A DNA stretch of 64,000 nucleotides from Octopus sinensis (lineage: Eukaryota), in the NCBI RefSeq assembly GCF_006345805.1, contig NC_043019.1:9857360-9921359 (forward strand). The letters are read 5' to 3'. Made by a program: the position numbers and the translations under genes. Under the pieces are notes generated by a model. That model made no database searches. It was not told where the DNA came from and saw only the letters and a list, made by a program, of their open reading frames with translations. This document shows positions 63,938-64,000 of the stretch, one piece after another; position 1 is the stretch's first letter; each line of letters begins with the position of its first letter.

Positions 63938-64000
63938 CTATAAATAGAAAATTAAATACTAAATGTAATAAGACAATGATTTTAATTATTACAAAAACAT

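Overview
AT-rich, repeat-dense eukaryotic genomic DNA. The SINE/RTE/Penelope repeat content and (TA)n tracts suggest a coleoid cephalopod, probably Octopus (inference). The whole window is the interior of one minus-strand gene for a Na+-coupled SLC4 bicarbonate transporter. I reconstructed 12 phase-compatible GT-AG exons (63937 to 1570; 2168 nt, about 722 codons) covering the cytoplasmic N-terminal domain through about TM8. The start and the C-terminal exons lie outside the window. The introns contain tRNA-derived SINEs, RTE, CR1-like and R4/Dong LINEs, Penelope-like remnants, mariner, hAT-like and Copia relics, fold-back elements and microsatellites. The most notable unexplained signal is five minimal type-I hammerhead ribozyme motifs read directly from the sequence. 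Two have intact cores (36248-36294, 20686-20736), and the first sits inside a ~350-nt direct repeat, a retrozyme/pLTR-like arrangement. Several long inverted repeats could also form dsRNA in the host pre-mRNA. All structures and alignments were done by eye and no activity is demonstrated.
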